A DNA stretch of 64,000 bases from Porphyridium purpureum (lineage: Eukaryota): positions 3,224,001 through 3,288,000 of the forward strand of contig VRMN01000001.1 in the NCBI GenBank assembly GCA_008690995.1, read 5' to 3'. A model generated the notes under the pieces. That model ran no database searches. It saw only the letters and a program-made list of their open reading frames with translations, and had not been told where the DNA came from. This document shows, piece after piece, positions 39,084-49,623 of the stretch. Within the stretch, counting starts at the first letter, position 1; every line of letters begins with the position of its first letter. The position numbers and the translations under genes were made by a program.

Positions 39084-40499
39084 GGTTTCAATTGTAGATT
39101 CTTTTACAGGATGTCCTGACGGGCCAGAGACCTAAACTTTTGAACGCCATATGTTTGGGTTTGTACAGAGAACGCAAGCTTATACGTGTCAATTTTTAAG
39201 ACGATGGTGGAATGTTTTCTTCAAAGAGCTGGTTTGGGGCAGATGATCGGATCACGTGGCAGAAAACTTACGGACTGCTTGACATTTGACTTATCGGCAC
39301 CAGCCTGGTTTCGATCTCGGTGCACTCGGTGCAAAGCCGAACCTTAGAGCTTTTGGTCCTTTGCATGGGACGCCCGACTCGGCTTGCTGCGGACAAAAGG
39401 TGGACGTCATTCAAATTTGAGTTCTTGAAGGAGCCCGGCGAATCATCTGACTCGGTCGCGACAAGCCGTTGCCCATGCACATCATCTACCAAGAGCTGCT
39501 CTGTTTCTCGGGGATCATGGCCTGAATGATTGAGTTGCACCGCGTTTTGATTGTCGGCACAGGGCGGCTGCGAGATCGGGCTCATTCGCTCTTCCTCGCA
39601 CGACTGCAGCGGCGAGTGAGGCCTCGTGCGTTTCCTCGATGCGATGTCATGTGTTTCATCATCGAGGTTGACCTCTTGCCTTGCCGTATCCGAGTTTAAC
39701 ATTCTAATGGTGCAAGAAGCAGCTCGAGCAGCGCCGGCAGACCGGTCGATTGAATGACAGGTAAGGTTTTGAAGAACCTGTCTATGATTCTGTGGCAACA
39801 AAGTAGGCGGGAATGCGAAGCGCTTTATATGAATGTATGCGACCGTCGAAGCTAACGGACGAGCCAAGCCTCACGCATCGTCAGTTCATGAGCCCTTGCT
39901 TGCGATCATCTTGAGCTTGGTTGGAAGCGCTCGTTTTCGGCTTGCGGGCTCACAGCGCAAATCCAGCACAGCACGCCCGCGCGGTCCTTTGCAGGCGCGT
40001 CGGATTCACCATGACAAAGGGATCATGCTCGGACTGCTCTGTAATTCCATAAATAGTGAAGGACTGTGCCGCCGCCGAGCGGCTCGGGGTGGTTTGTGGT
40101 CCAGCGAGCGCGTGCAATTAAAGGCAGTGGTAACCCCGGTGTAGCAGAACGAGATGCTTTATTGTGATTTCGGTTTTCCCTTTCCCCACACCATCATCAT
40201 TATTCTCGCGCAAATCGAAAATCGGTTGTGAGGGTTACAACACGTGCGTAACCCTGATACCTTCTGAATCGTGCTTCGGCCATGTGGCAAACATACCTCG
40301 CGGCATCGGCGTCGCAATGTCAAGCTTGCTGTTGGACGTGCTCGCCGTGCGCGCCGCTCGTGCGCATATTTAGTGATGACATAAGATGTCGCGCAGAGGG
40401 TCATGGCAAGCAGGCGCGGATCGATGGGCATGCTGCCTTTGGCCATGCGACGAAAGCGCGCCAGCCGGGCGTACGTCGGGATGATCATACCTGTGCACC

Positions 40500-41700
40500 A
40501 AGCGATACACTGCACTTCGAAAAGTTGAGTCCGCCTGACAATTACCGTATGCAGTAGAAGAATCAAGCCCCTGCGGGAGCATGATTGTGCGGTAAATTTC
40601 TCGTAGCGCTCCAGGTTTCGACTGTGCTCCGGTTTCCCCGCCGCAGACGAGCATGATGGATACCTCTTTCACGCATCGCAAGGTCTCGGGCCTCGCCCCA
40701 AGTCAACGCCGACATCGAGTGTATCGCACGTGCAGGCACGCCCCGGTGGATCTCCCTCGTTTGCACGAAGGATGCTGACGCCTTGCGCCTTGTCACCGGC
40801 GAGCTCACATGGCTCGCGCGCGGCGCGCGTATAATGCTTACGCGCATACGCAAACACCTTGGCCAGGTTTTTGGCTGGTAGCGCGGCGACCACACAATCA
40901 GATTCACGCTTGGCAGACACGCCGTCGCGTGGTGCGACGCCGATGAACTCCTATCACTAAGGCACAGGGTAGTCCATAGCGATAAAGGAAAAGAAGCCTC
41001 GCGCCGTGCCGGCGCGCGGAAACTGAGTGGTCTGGGTACTAATGCATGGCATGCCGGAAATTACCTGAACCCGGATGATGGAGTGCTCCGACAAGACGAT
41101 ACATAGCGTACGCGCAAAGACAGACACTCCTGAAACAGACAGCCCGCGCGCGATTTGTGCAGGGCGCCGCGTTCCATCTATCCCACCACCATCCCTGCCT
41201 CAACGTCTGCACTGAGTGTCGAAACCACATCGACCAACAATCCGCGTTCAAAGAGAAAGTCGTGCACGCACATAAGAATATCAGAAGCCCCATGATTCGT
41301 CTTTTCTGAGGGAATCGGGCTTTGGCCATAACCTGGTTTCAGCAATGCGATAACGACACTTGTGGGGTGGCAACTTGGTGACCATCGCATCGCAGACTAA
41401 ATTCTGTCTGTGTCTCGACAGGTTTTGACGTTGACCAGTTGCTTGCGAGACATCTATAAATGGTTTGATGGATGACAAGTGAAAGCCGATGTAAAAATGT
41501 TTGTCCCACGTCGTCCTACATGGTAAGAGTGATGAGTTGCTGTCTTCAGCGTGGGCACCTTGGGGTCCTTTCCTTCAACGCATGAAGAGAATCGATGGTA
41601 GAGAAGCAGCGATGCTCTTTCAATTCTGGAAAGAGCACCCTTGACTGCCTTTAAACCCCCTGGCCGTGAAGAGACGGACCCGAACGCAGGGTCATTGTTC
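40500..41700 (-). pseudogene. Possible decayed alpha/beta-hydrolase gene; boundaries approximate
   Basis: Fragments in different frames: LLLYHRFSSC (HG-motif-like, about 41580-41612), VIALLKPGYGQS (DxPGYGxS-like, about 41319-41355), and LTWGEARDL further downstream, interrupted by stops. Confidence 0.3.
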
Positions 41701-42153
41701 AACCCGTGAGGTCATTTTGACCGCGCACACAAAACAGGCAGGCAAGACCCGGGTCGAGAGTGACGCAAGGCTTCCCGAATTTTGTCCTGTTCTGTCTGTG
41801 TCCTTCCGAATGGCGGCTCTGAGCGCCGTATGAAGCAGTGGCTCTCGGCACCGGGTGGTGCCATGATCGGCGCTGCCACTCGAAATCTGCAATCACGCAT
41901 AGCCTACACGTGGGCACCGCACGATAGCGGCCTGCTGGACTCGGCTTCACTTCACCGTCGCTCATTTTTGCGGTGACGCGGTGCCTCGGACTTACGGCCA
42001 GTCTTGTCAGCAAAGGCACGCAACGAGTGGACCGGCTGCGCGTTCCTGTTGACGACCCGACCGACTTGCCACCACCTGCACTCGAAGAAGCAGAAGCGTT
42101 CCCGGGTGTACAGCGAGGCGTACAGCGATGAGTCCAGTGCGGTCGATCCATGT

Positions 42154-42683
42154 TCAGCTGTCGCTGCGTGGGGGCGAAGCGCGCGCAGCAGGAGGTTGCG
42201 CAGGCCCGCCCGGCAACGTCGGGTTGATGGATTGCTGGGGGCTAGACTGCGGCGGCTGATCTGGACTCTGCTGCATCAGCTGCTGGAGCTGCTTCTTTTG
42301 TTGCTGCTGCTTGAGGCGGTGCGCCGCAAGAAGCTCCTTGCGCTTAATGGCGGCCTGCATCCGCATGTCCGCTCGCATGCCCCGGAAATTGATCCAGAAG
42401 AGCATGATGACGGGCGGAACCTGCCATCCCCATCCATGCACACCACATACACAAAGAGAGAAAGCAGCACAGGAACATGTCAGTCAAAGCCGTCTTTGCA
42501 AAACAACCACACGCATTGCTGCGCGAGAATCAACAGCGCGGCGCGCGTTCCCACACCTTTGTTGCTGGCGCAGAGCCGCGCAGGTGGCGAAAATCACAGA
42601 GCACCAAAAAAGGCGCAAAGACAAAGGACACGTACATATAGTCCCGCTGGTGAAAAGAGGAAAATGTCTGTCAACCACCCCAT
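42154..42683 (-). CDS. Two-exon small membrane protein, 104 aa; exons 42683-42636 and 42420-42154
   Basis: ATG in caccATGG context, donor GTACGT at 42635, branch CTGAC at about 42483-42479, pyrimidine tract, CAG acceptor ending at 42421. The phase-0 join gives MGWLTDIFLFSPAGLY|VPPVIMLFWINFRGMRADMRMQAAIKRKELL..polyQ/P. Confidence 0.75.
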
Positions 42684-42852
42684 GGTGATACCGACGACGG
42701 TAGTGTCCTGCGCGCGCCACCTCTGCTCGCTCGTTCTCTTTGCCTTTTCCGCCTTTTCCTCGCCTTGATGGTTGCCACCACGCGTCCAAGCCCAAGCGCC
42801 ACACGCGCGAAGGTTGACGCGCAAAGTTCTATCAAAACGCGCGCATTTTAGT

Positions 42853-45800
42853 ATGACCGCTGGCGGGGAGCCGCGTAGAGTGGCCAGAGCGTTTGAACGT
42901 GTGCGTGCGGGGGGAGTACATGGCGGCGGTTCGATGCCTGTGGCTCCGTGCGGAATGAAGCAGGAGGGCGATGGGGAAGGGTGCAGTGGCGCTAGGGACT
43001 CTCACGCTCGCGGTCGAGCGCAAGGCGAAGATGCAGCAGCGCTCACGAAGAGTCCCGCGGCAGAAGAAGAGGCGGAAACGGACGCAGACGTGATTGGGCG
43101 TGACGACTCGGCCAAGGGGAACGGGACGCCAGGTGATGATGCACACGGCGTTGCTGCTCCCGCGCACGCGTCGCACGAAGGGACGTGCTCGCAGGCGAAG
43201 GGGGATTGGTCTACGACGGGAATGGAGCAAGGAGATCAAGTTGGGCAGGCAGAAGAGCGAGAAGCTGCGCCAAACGGGCTGGTGGAGCACGAGGGAGATG
43301 GACAGCATCAATCAGAAGCCATGGTGAGTGTGCGAAAGAACGTGCGCGTGTTGAAGGCTCTCGATGATTTGCAGGCGATTTGGCGTGAGGATTCGGGTGC
43401 CCTCGTGCGTGTACGCGCCATGCAGCAGCTGCACGAGCGGTGGCCTCCCGCCACAGGGGACGCCAGAGTGGACGCTCTCCTGGATGTCATTCGACAGGAC
43501 GAGCTGGTCCCTGAGGGAGCATCGATACACTTGTCGGAATCTCGTACTGAGGCGGCATCAGTCAGCGCGCTTACATACAGGCGTCTCCAAATCCAACCAC
43601 ATGACTTGGATTCGTCTGCTTTACTGCGACTCCGTGCCCAGCTGCAAGTCATGAAAAGTCTTGCTCGTCATGTGCCCGTTTCTTCCGAACTCATGCACAT
43701 GTCCTCCGGACAGGGCTCGACAGCCGCAGTCCAACTGCAGAGGAATTCCGCGCGTTTGCTAGCATCGCCAAAGCCGATGCACACAGATCGGACAGCTTCT
43801 CACCTAGCCAGTCCAGGATTAGTAACCAAAATGTCCAAATTTGGCGAACTGCAGAGGAAGCTGCGAGCAGAAATGATAGGTGAGATGAGTGCTCTGCTAG
43901 GATGCGCGAACCCGGAGCCGATAGTGGACGCTCTGGACGCCCAGGCGTATCGGAAACCGGGCCGCGTACAATTGGATGTGACGAGCACGCATATGTCGCG
44001 ACAGTTGCAGGACAGTGGTCAGAGACACAAGCAGGAGCAAAACGAGCGGCGGAAGCAGCGGCACTTGGTGTACTTGTCTGCGCTGATGCAGCACCGCGAC
44101 GCTTTCAGCGAGCACTTTGCGGCAATCGACACGTCTCGGAAGAAGCTAAGCCGCGAAGTAGAAAAGTTCCAACGAAGCCGGCTGCGCGATGAGGAGCGGC
44201 GGAAAAGAAAGGAAATGCAGGAGCGTCTCAAGGCGCTGCGCGAGAACGACGAGGACCAGTACATGAAACTCCTTGAAAACACAAAGAATGAGCGCCTGCT
44301 AACCCTGATCCGCAAGACAGACGAGTACCTCGCCCAGATTGGAGCGCAGGTTGCGCTTCAGAAGCAAGTGGTAGAGGAAATTGACGCACGCGAGCGCGAG
44401 CTAATCAGTGATGCGACGATGGCTGGAAATCGAAGCGAAGCTTTTGTGGCTCATTTCGATGAAAATAATAGGACAGCATCAGTACCAGCACCATCTCCAG
44501 GCGAAGGAAAGACGGCGCTTGAGCAACTCGCACAGATGCGGAAGGAGCAAAGTGATCAACTGAATCATGTAGGAGAAGCTGCCTCCGACGCGGTCGCGGG
44601 TGTGCGGAAGCGGCGTGACTTCTACAAGCATCTCACCCACACAATCAAAGAGGAAGTGACCCAGCCAAATCTACTGGTGGGTGGCACGCTCAAGCCGTAC
44701 CAGCTAGATGGGCTCGCATGGTTGGTGTCCTTGTACAACAATGGTCTGAATGGAATTCTCGCAGACGAAATGGGCTTGGGCAAAACAATTCAGACCCTGT
44801 CCTTAATTTCGTACCTGGTTGAGAAAAAGAATGTGCGTGGTCCGTACTTGGTGATCGTGCCGCTGGCGACGATGAGCAACTGGGTGCGTGAGTGCGAGTT
44901 GTGGGTGCCGAGTCTGCATGTGGTCGTTTATCATGGTGACCCGGCCACCCGTAAGCAAATTGTCACGCACGAGATCCAGCCGGGCCGATTCAACATCTTA
45001 CTCACGACGTACGAGTATGTCGTGCGCGACAAGCATGTGCTCGGGGCAAAGCAGCTACAGTGGAAGTACATAATCATCGATGAAGGCCATCGCATGAAGA
45101 ATTCGGACTGCAAGTTGGCACTGACGTTGGGCTCAAAGTACAAGTCGCGTAATCGCATTCTACTGACGGGTACACCGCTGCAGAACAACCTGTCTGAGCT
45201 GTGGGCGCTGCTGAACTTTCTCTTACCCACAATCTTTAACAGCGCGGAGTCGTTTGAGCAATGGTTTTCGGCACCCTTTCAGGCATCGCAGTTGGGCGAG
45301 GCCACCGAGCTCAACGAGGAGGAGCAGCTTTTGGTTATCAACCGCTTGCATCAGATTTTGAGCCCATTCTTGCTGCGCCGTCTCAAAAAAGACGTCGAAT
45401 CGCAGCTTCCGGACAAAGTGGAACACGTCATCCGGTGTGAGCTGTCGGCGTGGCAGAAGGTTTTGTATCGCCAAGTGCAGAAAAAGGTCGCCGTGGCTTC
45501 TGGTGAAGGTGGCGGTGTACGCAGTTTCAACAACATGGTGATGCAGCTGAAGAAGATATGTAACCATCCGTACCTATTTTATGAGTACGACGATCTTTCG
45601 CTGCTGCGGCCAGACCTACTCATTCGTGCGAGCGGTAAGTTTGTCCTTCTGTGCTCAATCCTTGCAAAGCTTCGTGCGACGAACCATCGCACCCTTATTT
45701 TCTCGCAGATGACCACAACCTTGGATTGGCTTGAAGTACTTTTGCGGCAGCAGGGCATTGCGTTTCTTCGGATGGATGGGACCACCAAGGCGGAAGACCG

Positions 45801-46773
45801 GCAGGATATGATTGAATGGTTTAACGCGCCGGATTCCCCGTTTTTCTGTTTCATTTTGTCCACGCGTGCCGGCGGACTGGGCCTTAATTTGCAGACGGCG
45901 GACACGGTGATTATTTATGACAGCGACTGGAATCCGATGATGGATTTGCAGGCGCAGGATCGTGTTCACCGGATCGGACAGACCGAAGAAGTCCGCGTGT
46001 TCCGGCTGTGCTGTGCGGGTACAATCGAGGAGCATATCTTGGACCAAGCACAGCGCAAACTCCGCATGGACGCCCAGATCATCCAGGCGGGGAAGTTCAA
46101 TAATAAGGCTTCCGACGCTGAACGCCGAGACGCTTTGAAGAGTCTGCTGAAAGACCACCAGAACGTGGACGAGGAAAAGCTTGATGTGAGCACAGAGACC
46201 GAAATGAACGAGTGGCTTGCGAGGCGTGAAGACGAGTACGATCTATTTTGTGAAATGGACGCTGTGCGTGCCGAAAAGGACGCAGTGAGTGGCTTTGGTC
46301 TACTGACGGATGAAGGTGAGCTTCCAGAGTGGGTCTTAGCACCTGAGAGGGAGGAAGCAAGATTGGAGTTTGAACGACAAGAATATGGGCCGCCTGTAGC
46401 AGAACCTCTGGGCCGTGGTGCGCGCAGGCAGAGCTTGCCCAATATACGATATGATCACGATCTCAAGAATGATGACGACCTCCTGATGGATGTAGAAGGG
46501 GCTGGAACGAGTTTATCATTGCAAAAACGAGGACGCAAGCGCAAGGCTATGGCGCTGGTTGCCGACGAGGAGGACGGGTTCGACGGAGAGAGCTATACGA
46601 GACGCGAACCGGGCGATGCCGCCAGCAGCGGGACGCCTATGCGTGCCTCATCGAGGCCAAGCAGCGCGTCGCTGGCCGCTACAGAGTTCTACTACGATGA
46701 AGGTCCCGATGCACATCCACAGGGTAGTACAGATGCCAATGCTAGGTCGGACCTGGAGGGGCATAAGATGTGA
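42853..46773 (+). CDS. SWI2/SNF2 (BRM/SNF2/STH1 subfamily) chromatin-remodelling ATPase without bromodomain
   Basis: QLQ (LRAQLQVMKSLAR), HSA (ERLKALRENDEDQY), GILADEMGLGKT, DEGH, LTGTPLQN, STRAGGLGLNLQ, QAQDRVHRIGQ, SnAC-like ELPEWV. Start uncertain (ATG 42853 or slightly downstream). Confidence 0.95.
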   Translation: MTAGGEPRRVARAFERVRAGGVHGGGSMPVAPCGMKQEGDGEGCSGARDSHARGRAQGEDAAALTKSPAAEEEAETDADVIGRDDSAKGNGTPGDDAHGVAAPAHASHEGTCSQAKGDWSTTGMEQGDQVGQAEEREAAPNGLVEHEGDGQHQSEAMVSVRKNVRVLKALDDLQAIWREDSGALVRVRAMQQLHERWPPATGDARVDALLDVIRQDELVPEGASIHLSESRTEAASVSALTYRRLQIQPHDLDSSALLRLRAQLQVMKSLARHVPVSSELMHMSSGQGSTAAVQLQRNSARLLASPKPMHTDRTASHLASPGLVTKMSKFGELQRKLRAEMIGEMSALLGCANPEPIVDALDAQAYRKPGRVQLDVTSTHMSRQLQDSGQRHKQEQNERRKQRHLVYLSALMQHRDAFSEHFAAIDTSRKKLSREVEKFQRSRLRDEERRKRKEMQERLKALRENDEDQYMKLLENTKNERLLTLIRKTDEYLAQIGAQVALQKQVVEEIDARERELISDATMAGNRSEAFVAHFDENNRTASVPAPSPGEGKTALEQLAQMRKEQSDQLNHVGEAASDAVAGVRKRRDFYKHLTHTIKEEVTQPNLLVGGTLKPYQLDGLAWLVSLYNNGLNGILADEMGLGKTIQTLSLISYLVEKKNVRGPYLVIVPLATMSNWVRECELWVPSLHVVVYHGDPATRKQIVTHEIQPGRFNILLTTYEYVVRDKHVLGAKQLQWKYIIIDEGHRMKNSDCKLALTLGSKYKSRNRILLTGTPLQNNLSELWALLNFLLPTIFNSAESFEQWFSAPFQASQLGEATELNEEEQLLVINRLHQILSPFLLRRLKKDVESQLPDKVEHVIRCELSAWQKVLYRQVQKKVAVASGEGGGVRSFNNMVMQLKKICNHPYLFYEYDDLSLLRPDLLIRASGKFVLLCSILAKLRATNHRTLIFSQMTTTLDWLEVLLRQQGIAFLRMDGTTKAEDRQDMIEWFNAPDSPFFCFILSTRAGGLGLNLQTADTVIIYDSDWNPMMDLQAQDRVHRIGQTEEVRVFRLCCAGTIEEHILDQAQRKLRMDAQIIQAGKFNNKASDAERRDALKSLLKDHQNVDEEKLDVSTETEMNEWLARREDEYDLFCEMDAVRAEKDAVSGFGLLTDEGELPEWVLAPEREEARLEFERQEYGPPVAEPLGRGARRQSLPNIRYDHDLKNDDDLLMDVEGAGTSLSLQKRGRKRKAMALVADEEDGFDGESYTRREPGDAASSGTPMRASSRPSSASLAATEFYYDEGPDAHPQGSTDANARSDLEGHKM

Positions 46774-46924
46774 ACCCTCGTTAATTCATGACTTTCGACG
46801 CTAAATGTGGAATAGAGCGCATGAAGATTTCTAGTGGTAGGGCAGCACGTGCTCGGCCACGGTGGTTGGTTCTCGCCCTCCTGATCAGCATCTAATCCAT
46901 GGTGACCAGCTCTATGCACCCTGC

Positions 46925-49333
46925 TCAGAAATCAATTGAGTCCAAGTCGAGGGATGCAGCGTGAGATTCGATGAATTCGCGTCGCGGCGCGACTTCGTCA
47001 CCCATTAGCAGCCTGAACAGCGCATCGGCGGCCGCTGCGTCGTCGACGGTGACTTGCTTCATGCGGCGGGAATCCGGGTTCATGGTGGTATCCCAGAGCT
47101 GCTGTGGCATCATCTCACCAAGTCCCTTGAAGCGCTGCACCGTCACGGTGGCTGGGTTAGCCTGCTTGTCTAGGTACGCTCGCAGCTCCGCCTCGTCAAA
47201 CAGAAAAGTTCCGCCGCCGGACTTACTGCCGCTCTTGCGCGTCACCTTGTACAGAGGTGGGCAGGCGATGTAAATGAAACCGTTTTCCAGAAGGGCGCGC
47301 TGGTAGCGGAAGAAAAACGTAAGGAGTAAAGTGCGAATGTGAGCACCGTCCACGTCTGCATCGCTCAAAATTACAATGCGATGGTAGCGCAGTTGGCTGA
47401 CGTCAAACGCTTCACCTCGAATGCCTAGACCAAGCGCAGAAATGAGCGCCTGAATCTCCGTGTTCCGGTAGATCCGGCCGTCTTCGGCCTTTTCAATGTT
47501 CAAAATTTTGCCTCGAAGTGGCAAAATGGCCTGGAAGAAGCGGTCCCGACCTTGTTTGGCGCTTCCACCCGCGCTGTCGCCTTCAACAATAAAAATTTCG
47601 GCTTCGGCCGGCTCGCGCGAAGAGCAATCTGCAAGTTTGCCCGGTAATGTGGACGATTCAAGCACGGTCTTCCGGCGCACCAGCTCTCGCGCATTGCGAG
47701 CGGCCTGCGCGGCGTCGAAGGCGTTCATGGCCTTTTCGTATACCTTGAAGAGCACCTGAGGCGACAACTCTACAAAATCCGCAAAACAGGTGCTCGTCAC
47801 CTTTTCTACAATCGAGCGCACCTCTGGATTGCCCAATTTGGTTTTCGTTTGCCCTTCAAATTCTGGGTCGGGCACCTTCACCGAAACCACCGCGGTCAAC
47901 CCTTCGCGGATGAATTCCCCACTCAGATTTGCCTGCTTTTCCTTGAGCTTGCCTAGCTTGCGAGCCATCGAGTTGAATGTGCGTGTTAAAGAAGTCTTGA
48001 ATCCGTCAATGTGAGTTCCTCCATCCACGGTCCGGATGTTGTTCGCAAAGCCAAGTACCAAGTCCGTGTAAGAATCTGCGCTCCATTGCAGCGTCATTTC
48101 AACCTGCACGTCATTCACTGTCTCGTTCATGTAGATCACTTCTTCGTGCAGTGCAGTCTTATTGCGGCACAAGTACGCACTGTATTCGCGAATCCCGCCT
48201 TCATACATGAAGATTTCTGTACGGGGCAGCTTTCCAGCCACCCCTGAGTCTGCGCGATTGGGGCGCGACTGCTCGGCAGGAGTTTCGTCATCGCCCTCAA
48301 GCGGTTCAGAGGCATTCGCGTTTGATATGTTTCCAGGCTTACGTTCATCTTTCAGCGTAATGCTGAGGCCGCCATTCAAGAATGCGAGCTGCCGGAGTCG
48401 CTCAGCGAGCATGTCAAAGTCGAATTCAGTGACTGACGTAAAAATCTTTGGGTCTGGTAAAAAGGTGACTTGAGTCCCGCAGCGCATAGGCGCATCGGAC
48501 TGAAAGTTCGACCCAGAGCCCGAGTCGAGGTCTGCTGGCAAGGCGGTCACCACGAGTTGCGATGTCGGCTTCCCGTAGGCAAACTCCATGGAGTACTCCA
48601 TGTTTTGCCGCCACACCGACACCTTCACGTAAGAGCTGAGTGCGTTGACCACACTGATGCCTACGCCATGTAATCCACCCGAGACCTTGTACCCTCCTTG
48701 CCCAAATTTTCCTCCCGCGTGCAGCACAGTCATAACTGTCTCGAGTGCCGACTTGCCCGTGCGTTGGTGCACATCAACGGGAATCCCGCGCCCATTGTCA
48801 CGTACCGTCACCGCACCATTTTCGCACAAAATCACAGAAACTTCGGTACAAAAGCCGGCTAGCGCTTCGTCCACCGCATTGTCCACTACCTCGTACACCA
48901 TGTGATGCAGGCCGCGCGATCCGGTGCTTCCGATGTACATGCCCGGTCGCTTTCGGACAGGCTCCAAACCTTCCAAGACCGTGATCATTTCCGCGCCGTA
49001 ACTCACATCCACTTTTGCTGCATTCGAATTCTTTGGCATTGCGCTGCCGTTCTGCTTCGTGGTACGGGCGTCGCCAGCCGCCATTCGCGGAATTGCGGCA
49101 GCCGGTGCGTCTGGCACTGGCTCAGCGGCAGTTTGCATGACCGTTGAACGTCTGACACGGCTACATGAAACGCCGCACTGCAAGAAAGACAAGGCTGTAT
49201 GTGTGCGGCCATCCACGCGGCGATTGGTGCGAAACAAGCGTTTCGGCGCGCTCATGTGGCGCGCCATTTCTCGCAGGGACTCGCTTCTCTCCACTCCATT
49301 ACCGCGGCACCCAGCACCCACTCCAACAAACAT
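46925..49333 (-). CDS. gyrB: DNA gyrase subunit B, organelle-targeted
   Basis: LEGLEPVRKRPGMYIG, GGLHGVG, EGDSAGG, PLRGKILN, DADVDG and QRFKGLGEM; N-terminal transit peptide starting MFVGVG. Confidence 0.97.
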   Translation of the reverse strand: MFVGVGAGCRGNGVERSESLREMARHMSAPKRLFRTNRRVDGRTHTALSFLQCGVSCSRVRRSTVMQTAAEPVPDAPAAAIPRMAAGDARTTKQNGSAMPKNSNAAKVDVSYGAEMITVLEGLEPVRKRPGMYIGSTGSRGLHHMVYEVVDNAVDEALAGFCTEVSVILCENGAVTVRDNGRGIPVDVHQRTGKSALETVMTVLHAGGKFGQGGYKVSGGLHGVGISVVNALSSYVKVSVWRQNMEYSMEFAYGKPTSQLVVTALPADLDSGSGSNFQSDAPMRCGTQVTFLPDPKIFTSVTEFDFDMLAERLRQLAFLNGGLSITLKDERKPGNISNANASEPLEGDDETPAEQSRPNRADSGVAGKLPRTEIFMYEGGIREYSAYLCRNKTALHEEVIYMNETVNDVQVEMTLQWSADSYTDLVLGFANNIRTVDGGTHIDGFKTSLTRTFNSMARKLGKLKEKQANLSGEFIREGLTAVVSVKVPDPEFEGQTKTKLGNPEVRSIVEKVTSTCFADFVELSPQVLFKVYEKAMNAFDAAQAARNARELVRRKTVLESSTLPGKLADCSSREPAEAEIFIVEGDSAGGSAKQGRDRFFQAILPLRGKILNIEKAEDGRIYRNTEIQALISALGLGIRGEAFDVSQLRYHRIVILSDADVDGAHIRTLLLTFFFRYQRALLENGFIYIACPPLYKVTRKSGSKSGGGTFLFDEAELRAYLDKQANPATVTVQRFKGLGEMMPQQLWDTTMNPDSRRMKQVTVDDAAAADALFRLLMGDEVAPRREFIESHAASLDLDSIDF

Positions 49334-49623
49334 GCTGCCGCGACACGACGCGCTCCTGCTGCGCTTTTTTCCCTTGGACCCACCAACCCAATCACAACCA
49401 GCCCAACTCTGCTGACGACACCACGCGACTCGTCCTTTCACGCCCACGCGCGCCGCCCTTTTTGCACCGGCATAACGGTTCCTCCGTAAACGGTCTAATG
49501 GCTAAACAGTTTATCCCGTTTAATGGTTTAACGGCTTAATGGCGTGCGGTGGTTTTCGGCGTGCGCGCGAGAAGCGGGTGAGGTGTGTGTACGAGAGAGG
49601 AAGGATGCAGAGGGACAGAGTAG

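Noticed and set aside
46828..46880. TCTAGTGGTAGG, like a tRNA D-arm
   Set aside because: No T-loop or acceptor pairing nearby; it sits in the convergent 3' UTRs of SNF2 and gyrB.
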